A DNA stretch of 63,154 bases, the filler included, from Trichomonas gallinae (Eukaryota): the NCBI GenBank assembly GCA_008369845.1. It is 7 parts of 7 records of this genome, joined end to end, with 100 filler letters (N's around TTAATTAATTAA, not from the genome) between each part and the next. Parts side by side here need not be neighbours in the genome. Positions count along the whole stretch, not along the records: positions 1 to 17,634 come from MRSU01000028.1; positions 17,735 to 28,319 come from MRSU01000032.1; 5 more parts are not named here. One strand, given 5' to 3'. Of this stretch, positions 11,495-22,971 are shown piece by piece; the first letter of the stretch is position 1, and every line of letters begins with the position of its first letter. The notes below the pieces were generated by a model. The model saw nothing but the letters and a program-made list of their open reading frames with translations. It had not been told where the DNA came from and searched no databases. The translations under genes and the position numbers were made by a program.

Positions 11495-13099
11495 TTATCC
11501 TAAAAAAATTATAAAACTGAATGCGTTTGTAAACTTTACATTTTACAAAAAGTGAAATTCTGACTTTACATCAAATATTTGTCATGTAAATATACTACTT
11601 TCTGACTTCAATTTTAAAATTTGCATTTTAACACAGCCGATTCTTCATCTCTACACTTTGTGTATTTACACATACACTAGAAGTGAGATGTTCTACCAGT
11701 TATCTTTGGAGAAACTTCCAAATTTCATTACGAATTATCCGATTTGAAATTTCCCTCAGCAAACTTTATCAAAACATCATTTTCGTTATATATAAACCCC
11801 ACAAAATCGGTACGTATCCTCAAGAGTTTTACAAAGATGATTTTATTCAGATGTTATGAAAAATAATTTCATATTACCTTGAAATTTCTCAAGAAGTTCC
11901 TCTTACATGACATTAACTATGCAATACCCCTTGAATTTGCAAAGAAATGAATTCAAAACTCCTTTAAATCAGAATTCGAAAATCATCGATATTGATACAA
12001 ATCTTTCTAAGAGTTACTTTTTACTGCTTTGGTATCATTAGAGCACAAAACCTGACAAACTCATATCTAAAATGCATTTTTCATATACTGATAATTTTGA
12101 TTCTTTGGATTTGCTCAACAATGTTTTAATATATTGATTCTTGATCTAAAACTATGTTCTTTCTATTATTCATTTTTTCGTTTCAAGACTTCTTTTTTAC
12201 GAGAAAAATAATTTTTTCCAAAAAATGATAACAAATTTCAGCAAATGCTCTTAGACAAGTTCTGATTCACGAGAATTCAGACTTCTATTATCATTAAAGA
12301 TAAGCACGTATATAAGTCAGAACATAGTGTAACATCGTTTTTCGGTCGAACAATGAATTCTTACTACTATTAATCATCAACAATATACATATTTACATAA
12401 AAAAAGCATTATTTCACAAAAATTGTATAACAAATCATGGCTAAATAGATAACACAGACTATTCAAGTTATAATTATTTCCCAAATCAATGAATTTTGTT
12501 CAATTTGAACTTAATTCAATCAATTAATCATTAGAAACCCATCCTTTATTTAGAACGCGTATTTATTAAAGCTCAGATAAAACAGAATGCATACAGATTA
12601 GTAGCATATATGCCGAAATTTTATATTCAAATTCTAATAATATACGTAAACAGATACTTTCTAAAGTCTCAATACAATTTTTCAGAGACAAGAATAGTAT
12701 ATTTATAGAATACATAAATAATAAGCACTTAAAGAAAAAAGATATCCATAACTCTCTCTATCATTAACAAAAATCTTAGTAAACTATACATTATACTTAC
12801 TCATATATAGTGATAATATAGTAGTATTATTATGACTCAAATTTCGTTAAGAAGATATTTTTCGATGCATTTTTCCATCATTAATATATCTTATTGTTTG
12901 GATATCTTGACAAATGCTAGAATGCATATCATGGAACATATATAATGATAATATAGCGTCTTTGTTATAACATTCTTCATGAAAACCATCATAACTAATA
13001 ACTATTTGTCATGTAAATTATTCTTTTGACACGTAAATAATAATTTTTGACATGTCAAAAATCAGAGAACGATAATAACTGAATTTTAGATTTTGATTT

Positions 13100-13720
13100 A
13101 TGATTAGCAGTTCTGGGCATTATTCATCAAAGACGGGAACACCATTTAGCTCTCAGGCAGGTGCCAGCGCTGGACATCATAGCACATCAAAATCATCACT
13201 GAAATCCGGGAAAAAATCAATTCCATCCCGAAAAAAGGAAGAAATTAATCCAGATTCTGACGAATACTACTCTAACGAATACTATTCATATTCATCACAT
13301 GATCAGCCGCCAGAAGAGGAAAAAATGAAATCAAAATCAATTAAGTCTGCTAAAGCGCCTTCAATGAAATCATCAAAGAAAACAGCTTCTGTACGTGATA
13401 TACTCATTTCAGCACAATCAAGTTCAGCGCAAAACGAATCAATATATACACATAGTTTTCATGGCAAATCTGACTCACCAAAACCGCAAGGACCACCTCC
13501 ACTCAAGCGTACATTTATTGATGTATCATCAGATTCCGATAATTTCGATGATATTGAGGAGTTTGGTGATTCTCACTCTCATGCATTTGTTTACAGAAAG
13601 CCAGACTGGAAATTCCCGGTCAAAAGAGTCACACGGAATGAAGATGAAGGTCTTTATGATACATTACGTGAAAGATTTTCTGTGAAAAATATTGTATCGA
13701 AACTGAAAAGAACTCAGTAG
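13100..13720 (+). CDS. Ser/Lys-rich low-complexity hypothetical protein
   Basis: ATG-started 206-aa ORF preceded by a TGWCAYGT motif cluster. Confidence 0.7.
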   Translation: MISSSGHYSSKTGTPFSSQAGASAGHHSTSKSSLKSGKKSIPSRKKEEINPDSDEYYSNEYYSYSSHDQPPEEEKMKSKSIKSAKAPSMKSSKKTASVRDILISAQSSSAQNESIYTHSFHGKSDSPKPQGPPPLKRTFIDVSSDSDNFDDIEEFGDSHSHAFVYRKPDWKFPVKRVTRNEDEGLYDTLRERFSVKNIVSKLKRTQ

Positions 13721-14211
13721 ACATCTGTGTTATAGAATATATGTTTTATACTTTTGTTACTAATGTCAAAATCCAAATAAAATAAAAATTGTAAATCATG
13801 TTAAATTAAGACAATTTTACTAATCTCATCAATACATATAAGACACAAAATATACAAATACACCAATTGATTGGATTATAATCAGAAAATATATATTTTA
13901 AATTTGAAAAATTCAATAAATTGACTAGAGATATTATTCTTTCTATATACATTTTGCCACTCTAACAAAATCTAATGTTCATTTTGCAGCAATCGATTAA
14001 TAAAAAAAATTAAATTTTTCAAATATTGCTACCTGACACAGAACGTTTTACATATACGTCAGTTGGCTCTAGAGGTGTTGAAAGAAACGACGGTTAAAGA
14101 AAGAAAAAATTTAAAATAGAAAAAGAAAAATATTTTTAATGAAAAAGCACATTTGTATATTAGAACGATTATTAATGTGATTTATCGAGAGAGATATGTA
14201 TAAAAGTCGAT

Positions 14212-15450
14212 TTAGACAGATTCGTTAGCATCATTAACAATAGTGCCGATATCGACTGGAAGCTCGGCGATTTTTGTACGATAGTAGTTTTGGAGGCTGT
14301 GAAGCTTGACCATTTCGTCATTATCACAGATATTGATTGCGACACCCTTACGTCCGAAACGACCAGAACGACCAATACGGTGAAGATACTGTTCGCGGGA
14401 CTTTGGAAGTTCGAAGTTGATGACGAGAGTGATCTGTTGGACATCGATACCACGAGCGAGAAGATCTGTTGCAATAAGAACACGAGAAACGTTGAGACGG
14501 AAGTTCTTCATGATCTGATCACGCTCAACCTGTGTAAGGCCTGAGTGGATGGCAGAAACTGTGAATTGATCTTGTTCGAGTTGTGCCTTAAGATAATCGA
14601 CTGTTTGCTTTGTGTTGGCGAAAATAACTGCCTTCGTGATATTGAGAGAGCCATAAAGATCGATAAGAACTTCTAACTTGTTGATTGATTCACCGACGTT
14701 GACGAAGTATTGTTTGATACCTTCGAGTGTGAGCATCTCGGCCTTGACGAGAATCTTGACTGGATCATTCATGTATTGGAGAAGTTGACCGATCATTTGG
14801 AATGGAATTGTAGCTGAGAAAAGACAGATCTGAATATTCACAATATCAAGGTATTTGAATATTTCGTCGATTGTTTCCTTGAAGCCCTCAGAGAACATCT
14901 CATCAGCTTCATCGAAAACTAACATGTGCAACTTGCCGATGTTGAGGTGTCCTGTTCTGATAAGATCGAGAGCACGACCTGGTGTAGCAATAGCGACATG
15001 TGGGAAAGCGAGAGCTCTCTTCTGGTCGTCAGCAACGCTGAGACCACCTCTGAAAACTTCTATTGTAACATCGGGCATCTTGTTAGAGATTTGCTTGAAG
15101 AAGCTATAAATCTGTTCTGCGAGTTCGCGTGTTGGTGCGAGAAGAAGAGCCTGTGTTTCTGTCCTTGAGACATCAATGCGGTTGAGTACACCGATTGAGA
15201 ATGCGCCTGTCTTACCTGTACCTGATTGAGCCTGAGCGAGAACATGTCTGCCCATGCATATTGGCTTGATAGCAAGCGACTGAATTTCTGATGGCTGCTT
15301 AAAGCCGTAAGCGTAAATACCACGAAGAAGATTCTCATCTAATTTCATTTGCTCGAAATCAAGAATACGCTCATCCCAGTTTGGTTCGAAATTAGATGCG
15401 TCTTGTTGTCTGTTTTGGCGACCGCCACGTCCTGTCCTTCTAGAAGACAT
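14212..15450 (-). CDS. eIF4A: eIF4A-family DEAD-box RNA helicase
   Basis: LLRGIYAYGF Q-motif, AQSGTGKT, PTRELA, TPGR, DEAD, SAT, ARGIDVQ and HRIGRSGRFGRKG motifs. Start placed at ATG 15450 (MSSRRTG), not at the TTG used by the ORF track. Confidence 0.92.
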   Translation of the reverse strand: MSSRRTGRGGRQNRQQDASNFEPNWDERILDFEQMKLDENLLRGIYAYGFKQPSEIQSLAIKPICMGRHVLAQAQSGTGKTGAFSIGVLNRIDVSRTETQALLLAPTRELAEQIYSFFKQISNKMPDVTIEVFRGGLSVADDQKRALAFPHVAIATPGRALDLIRTGHLNIGKLHMLVFDEADEMFSEGFKETIDEIFKYLDIVNIQICLFSATIPFQMIGQLLQYMNDPVKILVKAEMLTLEGIKQYFVNVGESINKLEVLIDLYGSLNITKAVIFANTKQTVDYLKAQLEQDQFTVSAIHSGLTQVERDQIMKNFRLNVSRVLIATDLLARGIDVQQITLVINFELPKSREQYLHRIGRSGRFGRKGVAINICDNDEMVKLHSLQNYYRTKIAELPVDIGTIVNDANESV

Positions 15451-15457
15451 TATCAAA

Positions 15458-15475
15458 AAAAGGCCAACCAAACCC
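15458..15475 (-). promoter_or_regulatory. M5-type (CCTTT) core promoter element of eIF4A
   Basis: GGGTTTGGTTGGCCTTTT just upstream of the ATG; a near-identical element precedes RPL5. Confidence 0.55.
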
Positions 15476-16598
15476 TTTCAATTTTTGATGGCCGTGTGAA
15501 CAAAATTTTTTGCACAACAAAGCTTGACACAGGGGACATTTTTTCGTGCAAAATTTTGGAGTTTAGATTTTAACCACAAAATATTGACTGAGCTCTCTTA
15601 ATTTTTTGTTAAATTGCGGATTTTTATGAAAATTTTGGAGGTAATATTCTTTCATATTTAGATATATTATTGATTATCATCACAAAATTTAAATAAATTA
15701 GCCACTGTTTTTCTGTTCTTCGTTGGAATATAGATACCTTTTGCGTGTTTATTTATGAATTAGAATATACAGCTCATTCCAATTAAACATTATTAATGAT
15801 CTTAAAAATATTCATCAAATTGCAAATTTTTCAACCACATGTTTATTATAACAGCATCAACCGTTTCAGTTCATTGAATCGAATATTCGTTATAGCAGTC
15901 AAGGTTCATACAATAGGAACAAATAAATTTTGGTAAACAACATTCATTCGCTGCTATGCAGCTATCACTCTTTACATCAATACAGATTTATGACACTATA
16001 CATGCAACGATACATTCATTCCAAATTAATTCATCAAATTCATTTGCGAATTTTATCGATTATAAAGTTAATCACGAAAGTTTATTTATTGTTTCATGAT
16101 GACTATCTTCATACTATAGTTGTGAAGACTTAAAAAAATTTTTTTTGTCTAAGTATTATTGAAGCAAATATTAGTGGAATGTATCAGAAATAGATAACAA
16201 AAACATCAGATGTATTTCAATTGAATAGCTTTCTGTATTAGATATGCCTATAAATATATCAAATAGAATTAATATCAAAGAACATGAAAATAGAATCTTA
16301 CAGTTCTTAAATGCATAAACCAAATATTTGTTATGACTTCCTAAATATTTTAATTTGCAATTAATCTGAATAAAAACAAATTATTACATGTGCAATACAT
16401 AAAGCAGTGTTATAGCAGGTTTATGCATATACTATATTTTATTGATGTTACATTATGTGTTTAAGACATTGAAATTATAGTGTTGCAGGGATAAATGAGA
16501 TAACGAGAAAATATGTAATATTTTTGCCGTGTAAAATATTTACAAAGCAATTTGTAAAACAAAGACGTTTAAAAAAGCAAATAAATAAAAATTGACAG

Positions 16599-17171
16599 AT
16601 GAAGGGGAGAAACATTTTCTTGTTATCTAACAACAAGGCAATCAAAGCCGCTGTTCCAACAGCCCCAAAGAAGAAATCAGTTATGAGAGACTACCCGTTA
16701 AACTATAATCCGCGCGTTTACAATGGAAATGAAGTACGTCGCCCTAAAAAGAAAGTCGAGAAAGAGGAACCAATTATGGAAGAAACAAATCAATCAGATG
16801 TAAGACAGAGTAAAGTAAAGGGAAGGCCGTCTTCAATTAAACAACCAATTCAAATGGAACAAATTCCACAAGAAGAGCAGGCAAATCAAGATGAAAATAT
16901 AGATGTTGAACAGGGAAGCTCAACAACAAAAGAAACACCACGCCAAAAATATCTTAGATTGATTCTAGAATATCAAATGGAATTGGAAAAGAGAAAGGAA
17001 TTAAAGGAAAAGCGCGAAAATTTGCTTCATGAAATACACGTTCAATATTCCAATCAGATGAAGCTCGAACAAGGCATTATTCCTCTTTCAATGCAGCAAA
17101 CTGATAGCATGGAAGATGCAGAAAATGCTGACAATGAACCAGATCATGATGCTTCAGCAGAAAATCACTAA
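16599..17171 (+). CDS. Hypothetical protein with short coiled coil
   Basis: ATG-started 190-aa hydrophilic ORF. Confidence 0.7.
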   Translation: MKGRNIFLLSNNKAIKAAVPTAPKKKSVMRDYPLNYNPRVYNGNEVRRPKKKVEKEEPIMEETNQSDVRQSKVKGRPSSIKQPIQMEQIPQEEQANQDENIDVEQGSSTTKETPRQKYLRLILEYQMELEKRKELKEKRENLLHEIHVQYSNQMKLEQGIIPLSMQQTDSMEDAENADNEPDHDASAENH

Positions 17172-17634
17172 CGGGAGTCTGCGTGATATTTACATATTTT
17201 ATTTTGTTTTACAATAAAAATATTTGTCATTATTCTTCAAAATACGCTTAAACAACAACTATAATCCTATCTTCCTTGAATATAACTCTGCAACATTAAT
17301 TCATTTTACATCTTCATTTTATAATGTCGAAAAATAACAAACCAAGCAGACATTTTGTGATCAATATATAGTTTATCAGATGGATCTATTACCCTCAGAA
17401 TATCATAAAGACTGCACCTAATAGTCAGTTTAGAACTTGGTATTACTGGATCTTTGACGATTGTCAGATAGTCAAAATCTTGGAGAATAAAATACTGATG
17501 TTCGATTCCGGATAGGCAAAAACTTTTTCTTTTTTAAAAATTTAGGATTTTTCTTTTAAGGATGCCCTAACCCCCCTCATTTTTTGTTGCCCTCATAACT
17601 CTGAATTGGCTATACTTACAAGCTTTAAACTTAC

Positions 17635-17734
17635 NNNNNNNNNNNNNNNNNNNNNNNNNNNNNNNNNNNNNNNNNNNNTTAATTAATTAANNNNNNNNNN
17701 NNNNNNNNNNNNNNNNNNNNNNNNNNNNNNNNNN
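17635..17734. other. Artificial contig linker
   Basis: N44-TTAATTAATTAA-N44, with stops in all six frames. Confidence 0.97.
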
Positions 17735-17948
17735 TTACTGAACACTTTTGCGCATTCGATGGACTAAGACCTGTGATAACAGTTGCTTCTGGGTTACTGT
17801 GACTTGTTTCGATGTTGTCGTTCTCATTCACTTTCCAGACAAAATTACTTGTTGTAGAGCCATCAATATTGAATATTTCATCAATATCTAGTACGCAATA
17901 ATTATTTGGATTTAGATTTGGTCTTTTATAAACAAATTTCGAAAGCAT
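17735..17948 (-). CDS. 5' fragment of a hypothetical gene truncated by the contig end
   Basis: ATG-started ORF (MLSKFVYKRPNLNP...) that runs into the linker. Confidence 0.5.
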
Positions 17949-18314
17949 TTAAATGTATTTGCATAAATATATACAATTAATACTATGTTTTAATATTTAA
18001 TTCGTAATTAAATTTTGATGATGAATATTTTTCCACTATTTGATAGAAAACATATTGTTAAAATCGAGTCTTGCTGAATATTTAGATCTTCCATACCTCA
18101 ACCATGGTGTTACAGCGAACGTTTTTGCTGCAAATGATAAAATTAGTTAATAAAATTTGCCATTTTGCCACTTTACATTTGACATATTTAAAATTGATGA
18201 ATTTCAAGCAATTACAGATTTATATTAATTAAATCATGGTAAAAATTCAAAATATGATGAAAAGAAGTTAGAGATACTAAATTTTAAATAAAATATGTAT
18301 GTTAGTAAACATTC

Positions 18315-19200
18315 TCAAATAGGAATCAAAACATTGCTTTCTAAGCCACTGTTGGCAAAGATACTTAGATTGAAATTAGAGCTGCAATGGAAACCTTTAC
18401 ACGTGAGTTTAAATTTTGTGAATATATATTTATTGACTGTGATTAGAGTATCAGGAATATAAATTTTTGATAGTTTGACGCAGCCATAGAATGCATATGA
18501 ATAAATATATTTAACATTGATAAGCATTACTTGTTCAAGATTTGTTGAAAATGCCCAATCTCAAATCTCTCAGCAATATTATTAATGATTTTGTTTCATT
18601 TTCACACGCATATTTTATAACATCATTATCATAAAATATAATATTATTGCATTCTTCAAAATCACTGATTTTCAAAATACGACTGTTAATAAATGCCTTT
18701 GGATCAATATGTTCTAGTTTTGATGATGTTGATAAAGAAAATGATAATGAATCTATTCTACTTTGATAGAGTGAGAACAGAAATATACATTCCAATTTAT
18801 CTGAGAATATAATATCCCGAAAAGATGTACAGTTACAATATGGATCCACCAACCAAAAATTCTCTAAAATGTTTATTTATTCAAGACTTATGCAATCTCG
18901 AAAAGCATCCATACTGATCGATAAATTCAAATCATTTGGTGAAACTGAAACTTCTTTAAGTTTTATGCATTCATGAATGCACCTTCAGGAATCAACTCAA
19001 GTGAATTGGAAATATGAACTTTTAAGACGAGTGCAATTATAAAATGCATAGTTCAGCATATTAGATACTGTATCTGTAATTATTACTTCTTCAATTTCCT
19101 CAAGTGAATGAAATAATTTTGTTTTACTATAATTATATAATATATCAGTTCTGTAATATATTTTCTAAATAGGAACTCGTTTGAAAAATGTAGCTCATGG
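18315..19200 (-). pseudogene. Degenerate BspA-like (TpLRR) leucine-rich repeat gene
   Basis: TpLRR fragments (YAFYGCVKLSKIYIPDTL, SSKLEHIDPKAF, YAFYNCTRLKSS) broken by stops and frameshifts. Confidence 0.7.
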
Positions 19201-19322
19201 GTCAAATATTAAAAGCTTCCCGCTGATTTGAAAGAGTTACAACGTGTAATAAATGGAACAATAAATAAGATCAAGTTAAAAAAAATCTAACTTGGAAATG
19301 ATAAAAATAAATAACAAATAAT

Positions 19323-22289
19323 TTACAATAGGTTAAGATTATCAGCAGATAGTCTTGCAGATCTTGGGAATACGATTGAAGCTTTCGATCTGTGAGCACC
19401 AGTGCTTGGTCGTTCACCAAGTGGAGTGTTCTTGTAAACATCCCAGGCAGACCTAGGAATTGGATCTGTGTCCGTGTTCGTTGCGACAGTCCTGTAGAAA
19501 ACAGGGTGAGTGTGCCTCCTCATTCTCAGCCCGAACAATGGCTTGAATGTCTCGGCAATTTCTGTCATCTTTGTTGCCATTTCTTTCTTGAGTGTCTGCA
19601 TTTTGTTCTTGTCAGCAACACGAGTTTCATTAGTGAAATACTCATACCTCAGATCACTGACTTTCTGGTTTAAGTTCTCCATTTTCTCGTGAAGTTGCTT
19701 GTTCTGGTCAACAAGCTCGTTTATCTGTGTCTGCATTCTTGGTGGTAAATTCTCTATAGTTGAGTCGTATTCTGTGTTGCATTTTTTAAGGAAGTCGTCG
19801 TATTTCGATGACATGTCTTTAAGGTAATCTTCGTAGTTTCTCTGCGCGCTCGCAATTCTTCTCTTCATGTTTTCGACAGATTTTTTGTGCTCGAATTCTA
19901 TTTCGGCCTTTTTCTCTGAATATTTTTCTTCGATTTCTTGTTTTCTTTCGTCTGTTTCTTGTCTCAGTCTGCTGTGTTTCTCCATATAGTGTGCTTCTCC
20001 CTCTTTGAATACAACATCATCTTGTTCGCGAGACTCGGCAATTTTCTGTTTTTGCTTTTCGAATTCATTCGTCAAACTTTTCATCGAATTTTTGTAAAAA
20101 TTGCGAAGTTTGTTTGTAGATTCTTCCATTTCACTGAGCTTGATTGCTTCTTCTCTTTCCATGCTAACCAATTTTTGCCTCAAAACCTCGCAATCTTCGC
20201 CTGTCTGCAGTCTTCTTATTGACTCTTTGATTGTTTTCATTTGGTTGTGGATTTCATTCATTTTTTGATGATGTTCGTCTAGTTTCCTTTTGACTAAATC
20301 TCTTGTCCTGTTTTGAGACTGCTTTACCTTTCTAATTGCTTCAATGATTTCTCGTCCTCTTTCATTTTCATCAGCATTGTAAAGCAAAGAAATCTTGTCA
20401 ATTTTGTCGGCGAGTTGAACTTGTTCTACTTGAATTGTCAACTCGTTTTCCGCGTTGATTTCAGATGTTGCTGTTTTCAGCTGCCTCTCGAGCATCCTCT
20501 TGTTCTTGTCTGCATTCACAACATCGGCAGCGAGTTCTGCCAATCTGACTTCTTTGTTGTTTTGCATGGATTCAATTTGCTTGGATATGATATCTAATGT
20601 CGATTCTAAAATGTCTCTCTCATGCTTGAATTCTGTTTCTTCGTATTGCATTGAATATTCCATCTCAGGTATTTTGTTTGTCTTCTGTATTTCAGCTCTC
20701 TTTTCGTCTAAGTCTTTCTGAAAATTGGCAAAAACAGGTCTGTCTTTTTCGACATATTTATTTGTCATGTTTCTGCATTTTTCTTCTTTTTGGTTTCTCC
20801 TTTCTGTCATTATTTCGACGAATTTCTTTTCGTAGTCATCTCTCTTCTGGTTGTTCTCTTTCTCCCTCTGCTCGGCATCTGTCTCTATCTTATTCCTAAA
20901 TTCGCCCAAATCCTTTTTAACTTTGTGTGAATTTTTACGAACTTCTTTTCTATGGTGCCTTGATTCTTCATAAATTCCTGTGAAACTAGAATTCAAGCTG
21001 TTGTATTGTTCATCGTTCATCTGTTGGTACTTCATTTTTTCCGTATTAAACAAAGAATTGATATCAAATTCCTGTTTTTGCAAATTCTTGTCGAATGTTG
21101 AATCAAACTCGTTCAAATCGTTCATGAACATGTCAACTAAGTTCTGAGACTTCTCTTTCAGATGATCTGTCGTTAGTTGTCTTTCGTCAATAATCTGACG
21201 TTGTAAACTGATTTCTGCCAGTTTATTTGTCAGCTCATTCTTGTGTTGCTGCATCAGACCTGTTTCTTGAGATGCGAGTTGTTCGAGTCTCTCCTTCCTC
21301 CTCCGTGCTATTGAAGCCTCTAAATCCTTGGAGTCTTGGCGCTGGCGGTCAATGATTTTTGAAATCTCGCGAATTATTCCTGCTTGCGATATTCTGCCGT
21401 TTTTAAGGATTTTTCTTGCGCTGGACAATCTTTCGGTCGAGCTCTTTGTTTCTGTCTGTATGGAAATCTTCATCTTCTTTATTTGGTCGTTGATTTCTTT
21501 CACTTCGAGATTTGTCAGATTCATCATCTGTTCGCGTTTGTTGAATGCTTCCTTTTCGAAGACTTTTGACTCTTGATATGACTTCATGAAGTCTTCCCTG
21601 AGTATTTTCATCTCTTTCTGCATCTTTTGGAGCCTTTCTGTGCATGATATAAAATATGGCTTTCTATTTTGGATTTCTTTGACTAATATAGCGCGCACTT
21701 TGTTTTTGAACTCAAATGCTTGCTGTTTGTAAAGTTCTTTTATCTCATTCATGACTTGTTGATGTCGTTTTTTCTCAGCGCTGATTTTTTGGCGAATCTC
21801 TATCAAATCTTGTTTATTTTCGAGGCTAATGGTTGGTGTTTGGCATCTTGATTGAGCGTTTAAGGATTTTTCGACTTCATCTGCTGTAGATAATACGGAT
21901 TTTGCTAATAAGATCGAATCTCTTGTCATTTCTTTGATATTTCTGTGACATAGCTTAGCCTCACGCGATATGTTATTCAATTGTGTTGATTTTTCGTTTA
22001 AAATTCGTGCAAAATCAGATTTTATTTGTTTATACTGTAAGCCGTACTCATGGCAGGAATCTTCTATCTGTGCCTTCCTAAATTTCACGAGAGCATTGAA
22101 GGCATCCTGTGCATTCTTCCTAGTTTGCTCAATAACTTGATCATAAAGTTGAAAATAGTGATTGCGCATGTTTTTTATCAAAATAGCCTGATCAAAGTGT
22201 GCATCCTGGAAGTCTGCAGCGACACGAGTCAATTGTGCGGTTTTCTTGCAAACATTGTGTATAAAAGCTTGATTATCATCAGGCTCCAT
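19323..22289 (-). CDS. Long coiled-coil protein, N-terminus FAM184-like
   Basis: 988-aa E/K/Q/R-rich ORF. KKTAQLTRV resembles the FAM184 N-terminal KKIAQLTKV motif (from memory, unverified). Confidence 0.8.
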   Translation of the reverse strand: MEPDDNQAFIHNVCKKTAQLTRVAADFQDAHFDQAILIKNMRNHYFQLYDQVIEQTRKNAQDAFNALVKFRKAQIEDSCHEYGLQYKQIKSDFARILNEKSTQLNNISREAKLCHRNIKEMTRDSILLAKSVLSTADEVEKSLNAQSRCQTPTISLENKQDLIEIRQKISAEKKRHQQVMNEIKELYKQQAFEFKNKVRAILVKEIQNRKPYFISCTERLQKMQKEMKILREDFMKSYQESKVFEKEAFNKREQMMNLTNLEVKEINDQIKKMKISIQTETKSSTERLSSARKILKNGRISQAGIIREISKIIDRQRQDSKDLEASIARRRKERLEQLASQETGLMQQHKNELTNKLAEISLQRQIIDERQLTTDHLKEKSQNLVDMFMNDLNEFDSTFDKNLQKQEFDINSLFNTEKMKYQQMNDEQYNSLNSSFTGIYEESRHHRKEVRKNSHKVKKDLGEFRNKIETDAEQREKENNQKRDDYEKKFVEIMTERRNQKEEKCRNMTNKYVEKDRPVFANFQKDLDEKRAEIQKTNKIPEMEYSMQYEETEFKHERDILESTLDIISKQIESMQNNKEVRLAELAADVVNADKNKRMLERQLKTATSEINAENELTIQVEQVQLADKIDKISLLYNADENERGREIIEAIRKVKQSQNRTRDLVKRKLDEHHQKMNEIHNQMKTIKESIRRLQTGEDCEVLRQKLVSMEREEAIKLSEMEESTNKLRNFYKNSMKSLTNEFEKQKQKIAESREQDDVVFKEGEAHYMEKHSRLRQETDERKQEIEEKYSEKKAEIEFEHKKSVENMKRRIASAQRNYEDYLKDMSSKYDDFLKKCNTEYDSTIENLPPRMQTQINELVDQNKQLHEKMENLNQKVSDLRYEYFTNETRVADKNKMQTLKKEMATKMTEIAETFKPLFGLRMRRHTHPVFYRTVATNTDTDPIPRSAWDVYKNTPLGERPSTGAHRSKASIVFPRSARLSADNLNLL

Positions 22290-22467
22290 TTTGGAAAAAA
22301 AATTTTAAACTTATTTTATTTTTTATTCATTTTTTATTTTATGTTTGGTTGTTTTTGTCTATAAATAGTTGATTTATAATAAAATTTTCGAAGACAGCTC
22401 AAAATTTTGTTCAATTTTATATAAATTGTCGATTTTTATTTTAGATTATTATATAATATCTATTTTT

Positions 22468-22728
22468 GGATTTCTTTTTGCTGTTTATTTCAAAAAAAGA
22501 AAAAGAAAAATTAAAAAACGGGTTTTTGACAAATCTACATGTCATATTATTTAAATTACATGACAAAAAAATACTAAATTTTTATTACAATCTGATTTTT
22601 ATTTGAGATTTTTATATAATATATGTTCATGGATTTATTTTTGCTGTTTACTTCAAAAAAAAAAAGAAAAATTAAAAAACGGATTTTTGACTAATCTACA
22701 TGTCATATTATAAAATTACATGACAAAA
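22468..22728. repeat. Direct duplication of about 100 bp (22468-22568 / 22631-22728) upstream of the coiled-coil gene
   Basis: Two near-identical copies of GGATTT...TTTTTGAC(A/T)AATCTACATGTCATATTAT..AAATTACATGACAAAA. Confidence 0.85.
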
Positions 22729-22971
22729 CCAATTTAGTTCATTGTAGTTACTGCCACGATTTCTAGCAGAAAGAGAAAGAGAACAACCGGAAGAGAGATA
22801 ACCAAATAACGCAAAAATTTAAAAATTGATACAATTTTAGATTTAAACGACGACAGTGATTAAAATTATTCCAAAATAATTCTGTTTATTTTTTATTTAT
22901 AATTTATTCAATAAAAACTAGGAAGAAATTTCGAAGAGAAATTGCATTGTGTGATTTTAATATATGAATAT

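Noticed and set aside
11620..12200. Coding-like remnant
   Set aside because: Multiple stops and no identifiable family.
14040..14100. GC-richer patch with a weak CTGAC/GTCAG stem downstream of eIF4A
   Set aside because: The stem is too short and has no snoRNA/tRNA signatures.
16607..16640. TCTAACAACAAG resembling a short-intron 3' motif
   Set aside because: No upstream GT donor, and the ORF is open through it.
19392..22364. Many antisense ORFs within long genes (also in eIF4A, tnaA and the M20 peptidase)
   Set aside because: Shadow ORFs produced by the codon bias of the real genes.
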